Source of the DNA: Lepidodermella squamata
Taxonomy: Eukaryota > Animalia > Gastrotricha
DNA: 64,000 bases
Assembly (NCBI GenBank): GCA_047495785.1
Contig: JBLDXI010000010.1
Coordinates: forward strand, 2,170,001 to 2,234,000
Direction: 5' to 3'
Shown: in pieces, positions 62,701-64,000 of the stretch
Position numbering within the stretch: position 1 is the first letter of the stretch
How the letters are laid out: each line of letters begins with the position of its first letter
Made by a program: the position numbers and the translations under genes
The notes under the pieces: generated by a model
The model's input: only the letters and a program-made list of their open reading frames with translations
The model's database searches: none
What the model was told of the DNA's origin: nothing

Positions 62701-64000
62701 CGCCACCTGTCCACCACTGGATCTGCACCGCTGTTTCGCTTTACAAAAATTTAGTATGCTCATGAACTCAATATCATAAAATAGAGTAGAGAATTATTAG
62801 GGAACACGTGCGTGGACATAATAAAAAACGGGTCCGCGACCCCCAGTTTGAGGAACCCTGACCTGAAGTTTTCTAACTGTGAAAATTATACCCGAGATTT
62901 AAAGGTTCTAAGTACCGTACTGCCCGGAAAAACACTCATGACATTTATTTTTTTCAAACGTTGATGAACCCCTGACATTTATAAGGGACTGAAATTTATT
63001 TATCCGAGCCAAAAAGCAAATGCCTATGTAACCAAAATAGCATGCATTTCCGTCCGATTCTACGTATTTTGACCCTAAATATTGGTCCCTGACCTTTCTA
63101 AGTGCCAATAGTAGAAATTACTTCCAACCATAATGGCTGAAAATGACCTCATTAGCGATCTTTCGTATTGTCACCGCCACTGACCTGACATTTATTTTGG
63201 GCCTGACATTTATTTTTACGAACGACCTAAAACCTCTGACATTTATTTCAGGCTGCCATTTATCCGAGGCTGGCAATTTTTTCTAGGCAGTACGGTAGCT
63301 AAGCTTTGGTATCACAATAAGCCTTAAATCTTAAATCCCAATATTCAGGACAGCACTATGGCGTTGGTAAAATTGGGATATTTTATGAAGTCTGTCATGG
63401 GATACTTATTTCGATAAAAAATAAGCTATTTAACCATCCGTAAGTGACTCGATAGCGACGAAATCATCGTTAGCAGCATAGAAGCGTTTCACAGCATTGA
63501 CGCAGTCAGCTTTTGATGCAAATTCACGATTCGGCATTTTATAAAAACCAGCGAAACCACTACCACATCCTGTTAGATACGTAACAATTATAAATCGAGA
63601 ACGAATGCAAAATGTTATACGTTTATACCTGTATCTGTATGAACGCAGGTGACCGTGCCTCCATGTTTGCTGTCGATGCATCGAATATGTTTGACGTCTG
63701 TGTCGAGAGGCTCAGGTATCTAGTAATGAGTGTAGATTTGTAAACCAAAGCACAGCTCAGTATGCCAATCAATATTTCACGATACAACACGTTTTTCTTT
63801 TACATCTGAATTCGAGAAAACGGCAGTAAAACCTATTGTCTCACCTGGTCTCCGAATGTTTCGCAAATGGCAGCTCGGCTGGCGGAAGCGAAGAGGCAAT
63901 CGGCATTTGTCATACCAGAAATGGTGTAAACGCCGCAACCTAATTTCCCAAACGGCGTCAAAGGACTGCCATCTCGCCATTTGCTGAAAGTCATCGGCAC
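59793..64000 (-). CDS. 3' part of a tandem paralog of the multi-C-type-lectin gene (5' end beyond the window)
   Basis: Exon-by-exon homology to 48355-52830. Confidence 0.8.
62915..63295. mobile_element. Tc1/mariner-type MITE with CTGACATTTATT subterminal repeats
   Basis: TA-CCGTACTGCC...GGCAGTACGG-TA. The paralogous intron has the empty TA site at about 52129. Confidence 0.85.

Overview
Eukaryotic, probably invertebrate animal, genomic DNA with short GT-AG introns (many about 48-60 nt); the species cannot be named from sequence alone. (1) 1.7-26.1 kb: a cluster of seven IRG/IIGP-like (immunity-related, p47-type) GTPase genes in two subfamilies. Clade A has DHPG and no N-terminal Gly. Clade B has DVPG and Met-Gly N-termini on a short first exon that the ORF track misses. 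One A copy is split by a retroposon and one B copy is a pseudogene. (2) Inside the cluster, a 6.56-kb DNA transposon with 310-bp TGT...ACA terminal inverted repeats and a 6-exon retroviral-type DDE integrase (Ginger/GingerRoot, KRBA2/SCAND3-like), next to an evenly spaced array of five decaying tRNA genes. (3) Two tandem divergent GABA-B-type class C GPCR genes plus an orphan last-exon copy. (4) A LINE with a 14-bp target-site duplication 15 nt upstream of the ATG of a small secreted PAN/apple gene. (5) Two MAPEG/TMEM79-like genes. (6) A large secreted gene: catalytically dead astacin-EGF-CUB-like-kringle followed by five C-type lectin domains, each preceded by an unrecognised 4-Cys module, plus the 3' part of a tandem paralog with conversion-like tracts. 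Many nested MITEs. All exon models were read by eye and need RNA-seq confirmation.
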